DNA of 64,000 nt from positions 73,720,001-73,784,000 of the forward strand of contig NC_045696.1 of assembly GCF_009834535.1 (NCBI RefSeq), in the 5' to 3' direction. This DNA comes from Camelus ferus. Its lineage: Eukaryota. The notes under the pieces were generated by a model that saw nothing but the letters and a program-made list of their open reading frames with translations, was not told the DNA's origin and did not search any database. Positions 48,214 to 61,470 of this stretch are shown piece after piece. Position 1 is the first letter of the stretch. Each line of letters begins with the position of its first letter. A program made the position numbers and the translations under genes.

Positions 48214-50977
48214 TACTACTACTTTTGCTTTATGGATTTTTCTTTCTCTCTCTCTCTCTCTTTATTTGTTTTGGCCTTCAGTGTATTACTTTCCTTTTTT
48301 TTTTTCTCAATGTAAATGACTTTGGGTAAGTCTACGAAAGTTCCATTTGGACCCAGGTCAAAGCATTCGGTATCATCTAATCTTTGAAGAATAAAGGTTG
48401 GTCCTCTTCAGGTCTTTCATGCCAAAAACATTTGAGTTTGGACACCCCCACCTCACCTTCCTGCTAATACTTTACTATTCCTGCTAGGTAGACCTTATGA
48501 TTTCCATTAAACAACTGAGATTTACAGCAATCAGTTTTTTTTTTTTTTTAAATCACACAAGTTCTAGTAGTAGAACTAGGATTTAAGTTCCCCTTTCCAT
48601 TTCCAAAGCCCACATCAATGTCTCCATGTTATATTCCTAATGGAATATTACACAAACTTTAAAATTTTTATGTAGAGCTATTTTCATTATCTTGAAAAGA
48701 CATTCATTATTAAAAGGGAAATAATGTCAATTATATCTCAATAAAACTGGCAATAAATTAAAATTAAAAGTTTTTTAAAGAGAGGAAAAGTCACAAAACA
48801 GCAAGCATAATCACATTTAAAACAGTGTGTGTGCATGTGTTTATGTGTACACATAAATGGCCAGAAAGTTAATAGTTGTATTAAATTTCCAGAAGGTGGA
48901 CTTATGGTTGACATAAATTTTATTTTTTTTTTTTTTGCATCATCTGAATTTTTTTGGAATGAGCATACTACTTGATTCTCAGGAAAAAAAAGTATTTACA
49001 TTTTTAAAACACTATACCATGGAATATTCTGCAGCCATTAGAGAACTATTTAGAGGAATATTATTAATATGAATAAATGTCTATAATGTAACTATAAAAA
49101 GAAGAATGTCAAATACTGTATGTGGGATCAATTTTGTACAGAAAATATATACATATATCATATGAAAATATATTATAAATATTTACCAAAATACAAATGT
49201 TTACCAAAATGTTAACAGTGGTTATCTTCAGGCAGTAGCATTATGAATTTTTTTTCATGTTTTCTGTATTTTACAAGTTTTCTACACTGAAAAGTAGTAT
49301 TGTTTCTAATTTTAAAAAATTATAAATAAAAAATATGTTATTTAAAAATAGATTAAATACACACATAATGAAACCTTGTATACACAGCTACTGGAACACA
49401 AAGAACCTAAGATTTTGATCAATTTTGGGGCACTATATTTAGTTTGAGTTGTCTTAGTGAAATGTGATATGGAAACATGCTATCATCATTTTAAATCTTC
49501 TCAAAGTAGTTCACTTGAAAATAATTTTAATTTGACAAAATTGAGACTGTAGGAGTTTTTCTTCCTCAAGAAACAAAGACTTCAAGTCTAAAAGTACTTT
49601 TAATATTTCTGCCAATTGTTTCCAAAACAAACTATGCATATTTTATAAATAGCTAATGAGAGACTAAGGAGTCACAATTCAAAATATTTCAACTTTCGTT
49701 CCATAGGCATCTTTGTTTTTTTTTTTTTTAATCACAATATATTATCAGACATTAAGTATAGGAGTTAGTATCAAGGAAAGTTACATTAAACCAAACTGTT
49801 GTGTTCAGTTTTCTTGATATTGTAGAGTCCCTCGATGTATTTCTTATGATATAGGCTGCCCAGGATGAAAATAGAAAGAAACTATAGTGGTTTTATTTTG
49901 CAGGTCAGAAATTGAGCCTCATTCCTCTTTAGGCCCTAACCTAATGGGATTTTGAACTTAAAGCAAAAAGGACTAGATCACATGCCCCCTTGATGAACAA
50001 CAAATAGAGATAAGAGCATGGGCTCTGAATGTGGATTGCCCATTTTGAGTCCAAATGAAGTCTGTCATTTTCTAGTTTGGACTCTGTGTTAGAGAGAAGG
50101 GAATTTTTATTAATGTTGTACCACAAATATTTAGGGTGGTTTAATGTGGCAGTTAGCATTAATTAAACTCTCAAATGCATAGCCTTACTTTACTGCTTAT
50201 GTCAAAATAAATTCCAGTTGGAACAACAATTTAAGTGCAAAAGTAATCAAGAAAACAGTACAAGAAAATATGAGTAAATTTGAAACTACTGTTTGTTTCT
50301 GCCATAACAAAATGCCCAGCAGCCAATGGGGAAAGACTTGTAAATTTGAATACATAAACACGTAAAATTACTCAAAGGGAAAAAAAGTACCATAAATAAA
50401 GTTAAAGAATAGCCAGGAGAAAAAAATGACTGAGTTTCTTACTAAATAAATATCTCTTGCAAATCATAAGGAAACACAAATAATCCCATAGAAAAAGTGG
50501 ACAAAGGATGTAAACAGTTGACATAAAACTAAATATAAATAGTCACTAAATATAGTAAAAATGCTCACAACTAAAATGCTCAACAAAAAGATACATATTA
50601 AAACATCAAAGTTTCATGAAACAAGTGTTAGAAAAAATTAGGAAAATGGTCATGCTGATACACAAATATGTAACTTGGTTTATCCTTTTCGGAGACTTTT
50701 TTTTAAGTATCAACATTTAAATTAATCATACCATTTAAGCCAGCAATTCAATTTATAGGAATTTATCCTACAGAAATACTCAAAAAGATTGCAAGATTGC
50801 TCATAAGGAATTTTCATGGATGGAAGAATCTCACAGTCACAATTAAGAGAAAAATGAAAGAAAAAAGGAAATAAAAACAGGGAAGAGCCTAAGTTAACCC
50901 TTAATAGAGCAACAATTTAAATAAGTTTATCCATAAAATTGGTTAATATGCACCCATTTAAAGGAATGGGATGGGGC

Positions 50978-51526
50978 CAGGGTTCCTATATTGTGCAACA
51001 AGAAGCACCAGGACATGGCAGTGAATTCACAAGAGTGCTTTGGGATATTTTACATTTTTGAAGTAAGCACACTGATGCATGATACCTGTTGGACATTGTG
51101 TATGCAGCTATCTCAAGGGAGTTCAGTTTCAATATTAGATTATGCTACATTCCATTTGATGATTTCATATCTTTGTAATCATGGTTTTCAGCAATTAATG
51201 TAACAATAAAGCAAAAAATCAGTATCAAACAGGAAATGAGGGTGGCAGTGTCCACTGTGATTCCAAGAGAGGTGTGTAGTGACCAATGAGTTTGCACACC
51301 CTACTAGCAAGAAACTGATTATTTAAGAATAAGATTAAAATATTTCTTCTACTAGTTTACACTTTTTTATTTTTCACATGTATAGTAAATCATTAGGACA
51401 TAAATGTTCCTTAAGTTTTTAGATCTAACTACTTAATAAACAGAATCATTAAGTATTTATTTGAGCAGTATACTGAGTACTAAAATACTAAGAATGTTAT
51501 GAACCAAAACAGTTTGGGAACCTTTG
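50978..51526. mobile_element. hAT-Charlie (Charlie4-like) DNA transposon relic
   Basis: Imperfect TIRs cagggttcc / gggaacctttg; internal gaaatgagggtggcagtgtcca...gattccaaga resembles a Charlie transposase C-terminus. Confidence 0.6.
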
Positions 51527-51794
51527 AAGTAAGAAGTACATCTAGATATACAAATATGGAAAGCTTTTCCTCACATATTAAAAGACATGAACTGCAGAAT
51601 AGTTTATTTATGGGAGGGGGGAACTGGTTTCTTTCATGTATTTCTTGTTACTTTTTTCTTTCATGTACATATGTTACCTTTTGTGATTTTTTTTTTAAAG
51701 TGAAATTTTTAAAATAAAATGACATGTTCCCCAAAAAACAATAATCAAAATGTCAATTGCCAAAATTCTTGCCTGCGTATGGTAAGGTATTTAA

Positions 51795-53040
51795 AATTTG
51801 TTTTACTTTTCTATTGCTTCATAAAAACAAATTACTGCAGGTTTAGAGGCTTAAAACAGCATATATTATCCTTTCAAAATATGTATTATACCTCACCCTC
51901 CCTAATGTGGGTGGATCTCATCCAATCAGTTGAAGCCTTAAAAGGCTGAGATTTCCCCAAAAGGAAGGAATTCTATCTCCCGACTTGCCACCTCAACTAC
52001 CTCCAGAATTTCCAGCCTGAATGGTAGAAATGTCTTTTGTTATTCATAAGGAGACTTAACAGCAGAGTATATTCTAAGAGGTGACTTAGGGTAGGGCCCC
52101 TAGGTAGCCTTAGGATGAGGCTGGTTGTCCTAAAGACCAAGGGATTAGAATTTTCAACCCCACCCCTGGTTTCTGGGAAGGAGAAAGAAGGGAGACTGAA
52201 AATTAAGTTCTGTAAAAACTCTTTAGCAAGGACATTTGATGATCAACCGAATTGGTGAACACATGCACGCGCTACGAGAGTGGCGCACTCTTATTCCCTA
52301 GGGACAGAAGCTCCAGCGATTGAGACCTCTTCCTGTGTACCTCTTCTTGTGGTTATTCATCTATATCCTTTTTAATATCCTTTATAATAAACTGGTAAAC
52401 ATAAATAAATGTTTCTGTGAACTGCTCTAGCAAATTAATTAAATTCAAAGAGGGGGTTGTGGGAATCTCCAGTTTATAGGTTGGTCAGAAGCACAGGTGA
52501 CAGCCTGGACTTGGAGATTGGCATCTGAACTGAGGGCAGTGTTGTGGGACTGAGCCCTTAACCTGTGGAATCTGATGCTATCTATCTCCAGGTAGATATT
52601 GTCAAATTTTAGTTAAATTTGTTGGACACCCAGTCATTGTCCACTGGGAATTGTAGTAGTATTGGTACTGGAAAAAACACATCAGAGAGCAATCTACTTT
52701 ATTTAAAATCTACTGTTTTAAATGTTAATCATATCTTTAAAATACCTTTAGCAGCAACATCAAGACTAGTGTTTGACTAAACAACTAAGTTGACAAATAA
52801 AATTAGCCATCATAGCCTCTGACCTGTAGATGCTCTTTTAAAAGGCTCACCTGATTAAGTTAGGTCCACCCAGGAAAATCTCCCTTTTGATTAATATTCA
52901 CAACCTTAATTGCATCTGCAAAACTTTACCTTTGCTGTATTTTATTGGTTAGCAGCAGCTTACAGGTTCAGCCCATAGGAAAACATGGATAACCAGGAGG
53001 CAAGTATCACAAAGGCTATCTTAGACTGCTGCCTACCATG
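51795..53040. mobile_element. Nested LTR cluster: MLT1-like, MLT2-like and MER21-like pieces
   Basis: ccctccctaatgtgggtggatctcatccaatcagttgaagcc (MLT2-like); tgtgggactgagcccttaacctgtggaatctgatgcta (MER21-like); aagttgacaaataaaattagccatca (MLT2-like end); ttagactgctgcctacca (MLT1-like end). Confidence 0.75.
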
Positions 53041-53129
53041 GTGTAAAGAGAGCAGAACCTAGCAGTAACTCTGAAAATCTGTCAAGTATAGCTTTAACCA
53101 GCCAACTTCTTTCTAGACTCTTTCTCTCA

Positions 53130-54700
53130 TTTATTCATTCATTCGTCTCTCCATTTATTCACCTTAGAAAAAACCAGACACATAGTAAATAGTAAAATAC
53201 TGACTGCTTTCATGTTTATTTTTTATGTTTTAAACAATTATCCATAGTTTATGTCCAGTGCTAGGTGTGGTAGAAGGGCATACAAAGAAAAATAAGACTG
53301 ATCTCTGTTTATAGTCTGGGGTTGAGGTCAGGGGCAGACCTGTAAGTAAGCAATGACAATTCAACAGACAACGTGATATTGCAACTCTGCACCATGTAAG
53401 ATGGACAAAGGAGGAATGCAAATTCTGTGCTGAGAAGTCACTGTGTTTCTACAGGGCAGAAGACAATTTAGTAGCATCCAGAAGAAACTGTAGTTTGTCA
53501 TATAGTCAAGGAAGGAGACATTCTAAACCCAGTAACAACAAGAATAATGACTAAAGTATGAAAAAGAGAGATTCAACCCAGATGAAGCTTTTTACTCTGT
53601 TTCATAGAATTAAGCATATTTCTATTTCATTGAATTACACTACTTAATTGCAAATTTTGCCCTCATGTTATTTTCATATTAATATGAAAATTCATTTAAT
53701 ATTTTTCTCATATTATTTTCCACCACCTGTAAGCTCTTTGAAGGAAGTTTTTTTAATACCTAATTATACATGTATTTAATACATATTTAATGAATAGATG
53801 TCTGGATTTTGGATCCAATTGGAAAACATAATATAAGCCACATTAAGAGGTTTAGAATTAGTATATTTCTGAAAGGCAGCTGTAAGGTACTGTTAAGAGC
53901 AACAACTCCAAACTCAAACTACTAGCTCTGCCCACTTACTAATGCTGTAACCTTGACCAAATTATTTAAATTCTCCATTCCCTGGTTTCCTCATTCATAA
54001 AATTGGAATGATAATAGTAGCTACATCAAAAGGGTTGATGTGAGGATTAAATGAAATGAAATATATAAAGTACTTAGAAGAAGGCCTAGGATATATTAGG
54101 TGTTCAATAAATGATGGTGATAGTGTCAGATAATAAAGAAGCCATCAGAAGTTTGGAGGTAGGGAAATCACTTGACTACTTTTGGGTTTTAGGAAGAGAA
54201 TTTTTATCAGTCAAGAGGAAGAAAGATTTAAAAATCACGACAGAGATGGCAGAAACCAGTTAAAAGCCTATTGCAAGTGTAGAGGAGAGATAAGTAGAAC
54301 CTGAACTAAAGCAATGAGAGGGAAGAAAAAGAGACAAAATTGAGATATTTAAAATGTTGAAGCAATGGGGCATAGTGACATGATGAGAAATGAGGAGAGA
54401 CTTGAGGATAAATTTAAGTTTTTACTTGGACGATTGGATACATAATGATGCCATTAATTTAGAACATAAGGGAAGATCTGTGGAGAGACATAAGGAGTTC
54501 TGTTAGGAGAAATACTGCATTTGAGATGTCTTCAAAATATTCAGTGAAGATTTTAGTAGAAGCATAGTGTAGAGATTAAGTTTGGAGAGACTATGGTGAC
54601 TAGCTTTTAAAATCAGGAAAGCAAATGAGATTTCCCAGGAAAGTTTATGAGGAGAAATTAGAATAAGAGTAAATGCAATTTATAGATGGGATTATTTGAG
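53130..54700. mobile_element. L2 LINE fragments (interrupted by MIR)
   Basis: cattcattcatt, gtgctaggtg, gaaaccagttaaaagcctattgcaag, gagttctgtt...tttgagatgtc L2-like motifs; heavily decayed. Confidence 0.6.
53875..54115 (+). mobile_element. MIR SINE
   Basis: ctgtaaccttgaccaaattatttaa...gtttcctcattcataaaattggaatgataatag...gtgaggattaaatga. Confidence 0.8.
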
Positions 54701-56185
54701 GAAAGAGGCTACACAGTGTAATTTACGTAGCATAGGCGATCATATTATTTTATTAATATAGACTGAGTATTTAATAATAATACTAATAAATGATAGAAAG
54801 CAAAGTGTCTGATTAATGTAAACCAGACATAAACTCCTCTAGAGCAACCATTCACTTTTGCTTCTGCACATTATCACGCCTAGTACTCAAAATATTGTAG
54901 GCTCCAAATATAAGTGAATGAATGAGACAGGAATAATAAAAATAAATACCTAATCTATGTAACAACATGGAAAATGCCTGACAATATGTGGATAAAAACT
55001 AAAGCAGGAAAGTTGATCTGCACAATGATTACAACTATGTAAAACTTATATGCACAAATCGATAAGAACAAGATGAGCTTAAACAAATGAAAATAGTTTA
55101 ATTTCTTAGAGTGATTGCAATGTTGCTTTTTTTCCCCCCTGTGTTTATTTAGAGTTCCATTGATAATGTAATTTAATATGAAAGAAAACTATGAAAACTT
55201 GATCAGAGGGCAAGAGAACTCTCTATGGCAGGCCCAATTCTATTGTGATTACCCTATATGATCAAGTCACCTCTCTGAGGAAGCACCATTGTGTAGAACC
55301 TGAAAAAGCTGATTCCAGATTTAACAAGGTACAATGGGGACAGTAGTAAAAGGGACAATATAATAGTCAGAAAAAAAATTGTGTGAATGCCCCCAAAGTG
55401 TAGAATGACTGGTGTATAGAGTACAAGGGAGATGTGGCAAGAAATGACCTTGGCTAGAGATCCCTGGAAAACAACCAAGGGGTTTAAATTTTATACTAAG
55501 GACAAGGGGAACCCATTAAGAGTAAAATAAAGCAAAGATGTGGCTCATGCAAGACCAGAATCTCACACTGGAGAGCCTAAAGTTTCATCAAAATGTAGAG
55601 CTTAGAGCAAAGACTATCACAAGATAGCTGACTTGCCTGTCCAGGTGACCTAAGGAAAATTCTCAACTTCTGTAAGTATGAAACATTGAAAATAGATGAT
55701 CTCAAATTCTTATCATATGGGGCCTGTGACTAACGTACTAAAAATTTGCTCACCTCCTCTTTTCTCTGAATATTTTCCAGAATTTATTTAGAAAATTATA
55801 GGTCTCCTGATTCCAAGAATTATTTGCTTTTAGTTCTTTATTAGTGTTACTGTTATTGAATTATATTTCTTTTTAATACATTTTTTATTTTGAAATAATT
55901 TTTAATTTACAAAAAAATTACCAGGTTAATACAGAGTTCCCACACACCCTTTAGATTGTTTCCCCTAATGTTAATATCTTACATTACCATCATACATTTG
56001 CTAAAATCAAGAAACTGACATTGCTATATTGCTATTAACTGAATTCCAGACTTTATTAAAATTTCACTGATTTTTCTACTAATATTCTTTTACTGTTCGA
56101 GGATTTGATCTATGACACCAAATTGCAAATAGTTACCATCTCCCTTTGTCTCCTCTGGCCTGTGACAGTTTCTCAGCCTTTCTTT

Positions 56186-57905
56186 CTTTCTTTTTTTTTT
56201 TTTTCTTATTGAGTTATAGTCAGTTTACAATGTTGTGTCAGTTTCCAGTGTAGAACACAATTTTTCAGTTATACATGAACATACATATATTCATTGTCGC
56301 ATACTTTTTCACTGTGAGCTACCACAAGATCTTGTATATATTTCCCTGTGCTATACAGTATAATCTTGTTTATCTATTCTATATATACTTGTCAGTATCT
56401 ACAAATTTTGAACTCCCAGCCTGTCCCTTCCCACCCCTCCTCCCCATTGGCAACCACGAGTTTGTATTCTATGTCTATGAGTCTATGTCTGTTTTATATT
56501 TATGTTCATTCTTTTTTTTTTTTTTTTTTTAGATTTCACATATGAGTGATCTAATATTGTATTTTTCTTTATCTTTCTGGCTTACTTCACTTAGAATGAC
56601 ATTCTCCAGGAGCATCCATGTTGCTGCAAATGGTGCTATGTTGTCATTTTTATGGCTGAATAGTATTCCATTGTATAAATATACCACTTCTTCTTTATCC
56701 AGTCATTTGTTGATGGACACTTCAGCTGTTTCCATGTCTTGGCTATTGTAAATAGTGCTACTATGAACATTGGGGTGCAGGTGTCATCCTGAAGTAGGGT
56801 TCCTTCTGGATATATGCCCAGGAGTGGGATTCCTGGGTCATATGGTAAGTCTATTCCTAGTCTTTTGAGGAATCTCCATATTGTTTTCCACAGTGGCTGC
56901 ACCAAACTGCATTCCCACCAATAGTGTAGGAGAGTTCTTTTTTCTCCACAATCTCTCCAGCATTTGTCATTTGTGAACTTCTGAATGATGGCCATTCTGA
57001 CTGGTGTGAGGTGATGCCTCATTGTAGTTTTGATTGGCATTTCTCTGATAATTAGTGATATTGAGCATTTTTTCATGTGCCTATTGATCATTCATATGTC
57101 TTCCTTGGAGAATTGCTTGTTTAGGTCTTCTGCCCATTTTTGGATTGGGTTGTTTGCTTTTTTCTTATTAAGCCATATGAGCTGCTTATATATTCTGGAG
57201 ATCAAGCCTTTATCAGTTTCATCTTTGACAAAAATTTTCTCCCATTCTGTACGTTGTCATTTTGTTTTTCTCATGGTTTCCATTGCTGTGCAAAAGCTTG
57301 TAAGTTTGATTAGGTCCCATTTGTTTATTCTTGCCTTTATTTTTTTTAATATTTTTAAAATTTTTTATTTATTTTTGTATTATTTAGTTACTTTATTTTG
57401 GCAGGTCGGGGGAGGTACTTAGGTTTATTTACTTTTAGAGGAGGGGCTGGGGATTAGGACCTTGTGCATGCTAAGCATGTGCTCTACCACTTGAGCTATA
57501 CCCTCCCCCTCTTGCTTTTATTTCTATTGCTTGGGTAGACTGTTCTAGGAGAACATTTTTGAGATGTATGTGAGATAATGTTTTGCCTATGTTTTCTTCT
57601 AGGAAGTTTATTGTATCTTGTCTTATGTTTAAGTCTTTGATCCATTTTGAGTTGATTTTTGTGTATGGTGTAAGGGAGTGTTCTAGCTTCATTGATTTAC
57701 ATGCTCCTGTCCAGTTTTCCCAGCACCATTTTCTGAAGAGATTGTCTTTGTTCCATTGTATATTCTTGCCTCCTTTGTTGAAGATTAGTTGATCAAAAGT
57801 TTGTGGGTTCATTTCTAGGCTCTCTATTCTGTTCCATTGGTCCATATGTCTGTTTTTGTACCAATATAATGCTGTTTTGATTACTGTAGCTCTGTAGTAT
57901 TGTCT
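56186..57905 (-). mobile_element. 5'-truncated lineage-specific L1 (ORF2 C-terminus + 3'UTR + poly-A)
   Basis: ORFs 57471..57956 ([26 protein letters not shown]) and 56636..57091 (CCHC region, [14 protein letters not shown]...[18 protein letters not shown]); TSD ag(c/t)ctttcttt at 56175-56185 / 57906-57916. Confidence 0.93.
57343..57509 (-). mobile_element. tRNA-derived SINE (Vic-1-like) nested in L1 ORF2
   Basis: TSD tcttgc(c/t)tttattt at 57329-57342 / 57510-57523; tRNA-like head. Confidence 0.9.
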
Positions 57906-58837
57906 AGTCTTTCTTTGTTTTTCATGACCTTGACAATTTTGAGAATTACCGATCAAACATTTTTTAGAGTGTTCCTCAACTTAGTTTTGTCTGTTAGTTT
58001 TCTCATGATTAGACTGGAGTTATGGATTTGGGGAAAGAATACTGCAAAGGCAAAGTGTCCTCATATCTCAGAGGTAAAATGTCATCAACATGACTTATTC
58101 CTGATGATATTAACCTTGATCACTTGGTTAAGTAGTGTTTTCTGATTTCTGCACTGAAGTTGTTCCTTATCCACACTGTACTCTTTGAAAGTAATAAATT
58201 TGACTTGCATTCAAGGCAAGGAGTGGAGGGAGAGTGGAGAAGGGGAAGCAGGATTAAGCTCTACTTCTAGGAGTGGAGAATATCTATATGTATTATGTGA
58301 AATTCTTCAATAAGGAAACTTTATCCCTTCACTCCCATTTATTTATTTATTCAATCACTTATTTATGTAAGTATGGACTCATGGTGATTTGTTTTATACT
58401 TTGTGCATAATCTGATACTACTTTGTTTACTTTGTTCAAATTATTCCAAATTGTATTTAAAAACCAAGGTCTGGGTGATAAATATATATCTACTTCTTCT
58501 AAGACATAAAAATTTTTAAACATTTTTCTAAACTAAATTTATTTTTTAAGACTTTAGAATTTTATTCTTAGGTATAAAAGATGAGCTAGGATGCAATAGA
58601 CTCCAAAAATTTCCTTTTTGGACTTCGGTAGTCCTGAAAACTAGCAGTTAACTTATTGTAAACATGGACTTGACCTTAGACTTTCATTATAATTTCTTGT
58701 AGCAAAGAACTTGAGAAACACACACAATTATTTATACTATCTTTAATCTACTTTTCCATAACTGTTCTTTTACTTAAAAGGAGAGGACCACCACTACCTT
58801 TGAATAGCATGCTTCCCTCCTATCAACACTTAGGCCA

Positions 58838-58944
58838 GCAGAGAGAGTATAGTTCAGTGGCATGCCTAGCACACACAAGGTCCTGGATTTAATCCCCAGT
58901 AGCTCCATTAAAAATAAATAAAAACTTAATTACTTAAAAAAAAA
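58838..58944 (+). mobile_element. tRNA-derived SINE (Vic-1-like, degenerate)
   Basis: TSD acttaggcca at 58828-58837 / 58945-58954; ggtcctggatttaatccccagt. Confidence 0.85.
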
Positions 58945-59204
58945 ACTTAGGCCAATGTTTCTCAAACACTTAAATAAATCCTTACTAGTACAAAGTACTT
59001 TGGTTTATTCCTTATTACTTTGTGTTGTAGTTTTAAAAATGTTGATAATGATCACCTGAATTGATTCCATGCTCCAACAGTGAATCAGACTAGTGAATCA
59101 GGACTAGCAAAAGGGCATCAAGTACCCATAATTATTTCAAATAATTGGATCTCATATTTAAATTAAAATACTGATTCTAACAGTAATACTCTTCTAGAGT
59201 TTAT

Positions 59205-59445
59205 TAATAATGATTGAGCACGTATGACATGCCAGACACTGTATTCAGCATCTTCACATACATTGCATCATTTAATCCTCTCATTAACCCTTAGAAGTGG
59301 CTGTTATTATTCTTAATTTCACAAAGAGGAAACTAAAACTCAGAAATGTGAATTATCTCACCAAAGACCATATGGCAAATAAAGAATCAAGTCGGAATTC
59401 AAACTCAGTCTTTCTGATTCTAAAGTTTGTGCCCTTAACACCTAT
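59205..59445 (-). mobile_element. MIR SINE
   Basis: attgagcacgtatgacatgccagacactg...catttaatcctc...gaggaaactaaaactcaga. Confidence 0.8.
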
Positions 59446-60419
59446 ATGACAATATCTTAATACCATTAGCAACTTAATTAAGGTGGAGTAGGCATAAGAG
59501 TTGGATGATAAGAGTTGCCTAAAGAGATTGGTGGAGGAAGTCAGCTTACGAATGGAGAAATGATTTGATAATGTGAGGTTGAAATAGGAATCTAAACTTG
59601 AGAACTAAATCTTACCTATTGACCTTCTGAACATCCTTCCACTTCTCTCAGTTACCACTGGTGCTTCCAGACCTCAGAGTTTCAGTCCTGAATTCTCTGC
59701 AAAGCACACACAATACACTTTCCTTCTTTTTTAAAAATTATATATCACCTCTTAAGCTTTTCTTTTTGCCAAACTTATACCTAATTTAAAGAATCAGTTA
59801 GTTCCCAAGGAATTTTAGAAACTGCTGTACCCTACTCCCATCTATAATCATTACCCCTTTCCCAGAAACAACCACTTTTAACTTTTTAGCTTATTATTTT
59901 TGCTATCTTCTATATTTTTTTTGTCTTACTCACATTTTATTTTATTTTATTTAACTTTTTTTATTGAGTTATAATTATATTTTTAAATCATATGCTAGCA
60001 TTATCTGTGGACTTCTCACTATGCAAGAGGAGGCCTTAGTTCTCTTCTTTTTACTGCCTCTCCTACAACATTCATACTTTCTATTGCTTTTCCTCCAATT
60101 TAGTCTTATTGAAATTTGGGTGAGATCAATATCATATATATGACTATATATTCATATACTCAGTGCTGAGCCATAAGATAAATTAGGATACTTCCTTCAC
60201 CATCCTCTTTTTTAGAGTTTTAAATTATTTTTTAAACTTAATGTTCTAACTACTTATCAACAATTCGATTCCAAAGTCTTTCCCAGAGAAATTTTTACCT
60301 CCTTTAAATTGGGCTGGTTATACTTTTCACCAGATACACACGTATTATCTGAGATCTCACTGCACCAACACCCTGGGGAATTTTTTCACCTCTCTCCTGT
60401 ATTAGTGTCCCTTGTTAAC

Positions 60420-61165
60420 CTTGCTTGCTTCCTCAGAAAGACTGTAGGGAGGTAAATTTTACTGCATTTTTCTCTGTCTTTAAGTTTCTCTATTCTGCTT
60501 CATAGCTGAAGATAGTTTGGCTGGCTATAAAATTCTCAGTGATAGAGTGTTTGCCTAGCATGCATGAGGTCCTGGGTTCAATACCCAGTACCTCCATTAA
60601 AATAAATAAATAAACCAACCAAATTGCCTCCCCTTCCCCCCCCCCCAAAAAAGAGAGAAAATAAAAATAAAAAAATTCTAAGTCAGAAATCACATTCCTT
60701 CAGACATTTGAAGTGCATTGCTCAAGTATCTTCTTGTTTCCAATGTTGTTATTGAAAGGTCTAAAGCAATCCTAACCCCCTGTCTTTTGTATGGGATCAT
60801 TCTTTTATTTATGGAAGCTTGTAATATCTTTGTCTCAAGTATTCTGGAATTTCATGATGACATGTTTTGTTGTGGGTCTATTTATATCCATGTGTTGAAC
60901 ACACGGGAAGGTCTTTCAGTCTGGCACCACATGTTTTTCTTTTGGGGCCATGTTCTTGAATTATTTCATTGACAGTTTCTCCTCCTCCTTTTTCTCTGTT
61001 CTTGCTTTCTAGAATGCCGACTGAATATAGTATCTCCTAAACTGATATTCTAATTTTCTTTTCTCTCCTTGTGTTCATTTCTTAATATTTTTGCTGTATT
61101 TTCCAACTTCCCTATTGAGTTTTTCATTTTTTGCTATCATATTTTTAATTTTCAGAGGCTCTTTC
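60420..61165 (-). mobile_element. Ancient L1M/HAL1 ORF1-region fragment
   Basis: gatagtttggctggctataaaattct...tttgaagtgcattgctc...tttccaatgttgttattgaaaggtct resembles antisense old L1 ORF1. Confidence 0.6.
60537..60671 (+). mobile_element. tRNA-derived SINE (Vic-1-like, 5'-truncated)
   Basis: gcatgcatgaggtcctgggttcaatacccagtacctcc; TSD aaaattct at 60529-60536 / 60672-60679. Confidence 0.88.
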
Positions 61166-61198
61166 TAATTTTCTAAAATAAATTAATAAATATATAAT

Positions 61199-61470
61199 TG
61201 TCTTAGTCCATTTGGGTTGCTATAACAAAATACCACAAATTGAGTGGCTTATAAACAACAGAATTTTTTTTCTCACAGTTCTGGAGGCTAGGAAGTCCAA
61301 GATCATCGTGCTGGCAAATTCAGTGTCTGGTGAGGGCCAACTTCTTCCTAGATAACTGACTTTTCACTGTAACCTCAAGTGGTGGGAGAGGCAAGGGGTC
61401 CCTCTGGGGCCTCTGTTATAGGGATGCTAATCCCATTCATGAGGGCTTCACTCTCAGGTAAAACCACTTC
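61199..61470. mobile_element. MLT1A/MST-like MaLR LTR fragment
   Basis: tgtcttagtccatttgggttgctataacaaaataccac...ctcacagttctggaggctaggaagtccaagatca...ctaatcccattcatgagggc. Confidence 0.85.

Larger units (their letters stand above)
55870..58450 (-). mobile_element. Old L1MC3/4-like 3' region split by a younger L1
   Basis: Host sequence ...tgtgacagtttctcag resumes at ...tctttgtttttcatgaccttgacaattttgagaa after the younger insertion. Confidence 0.7.
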
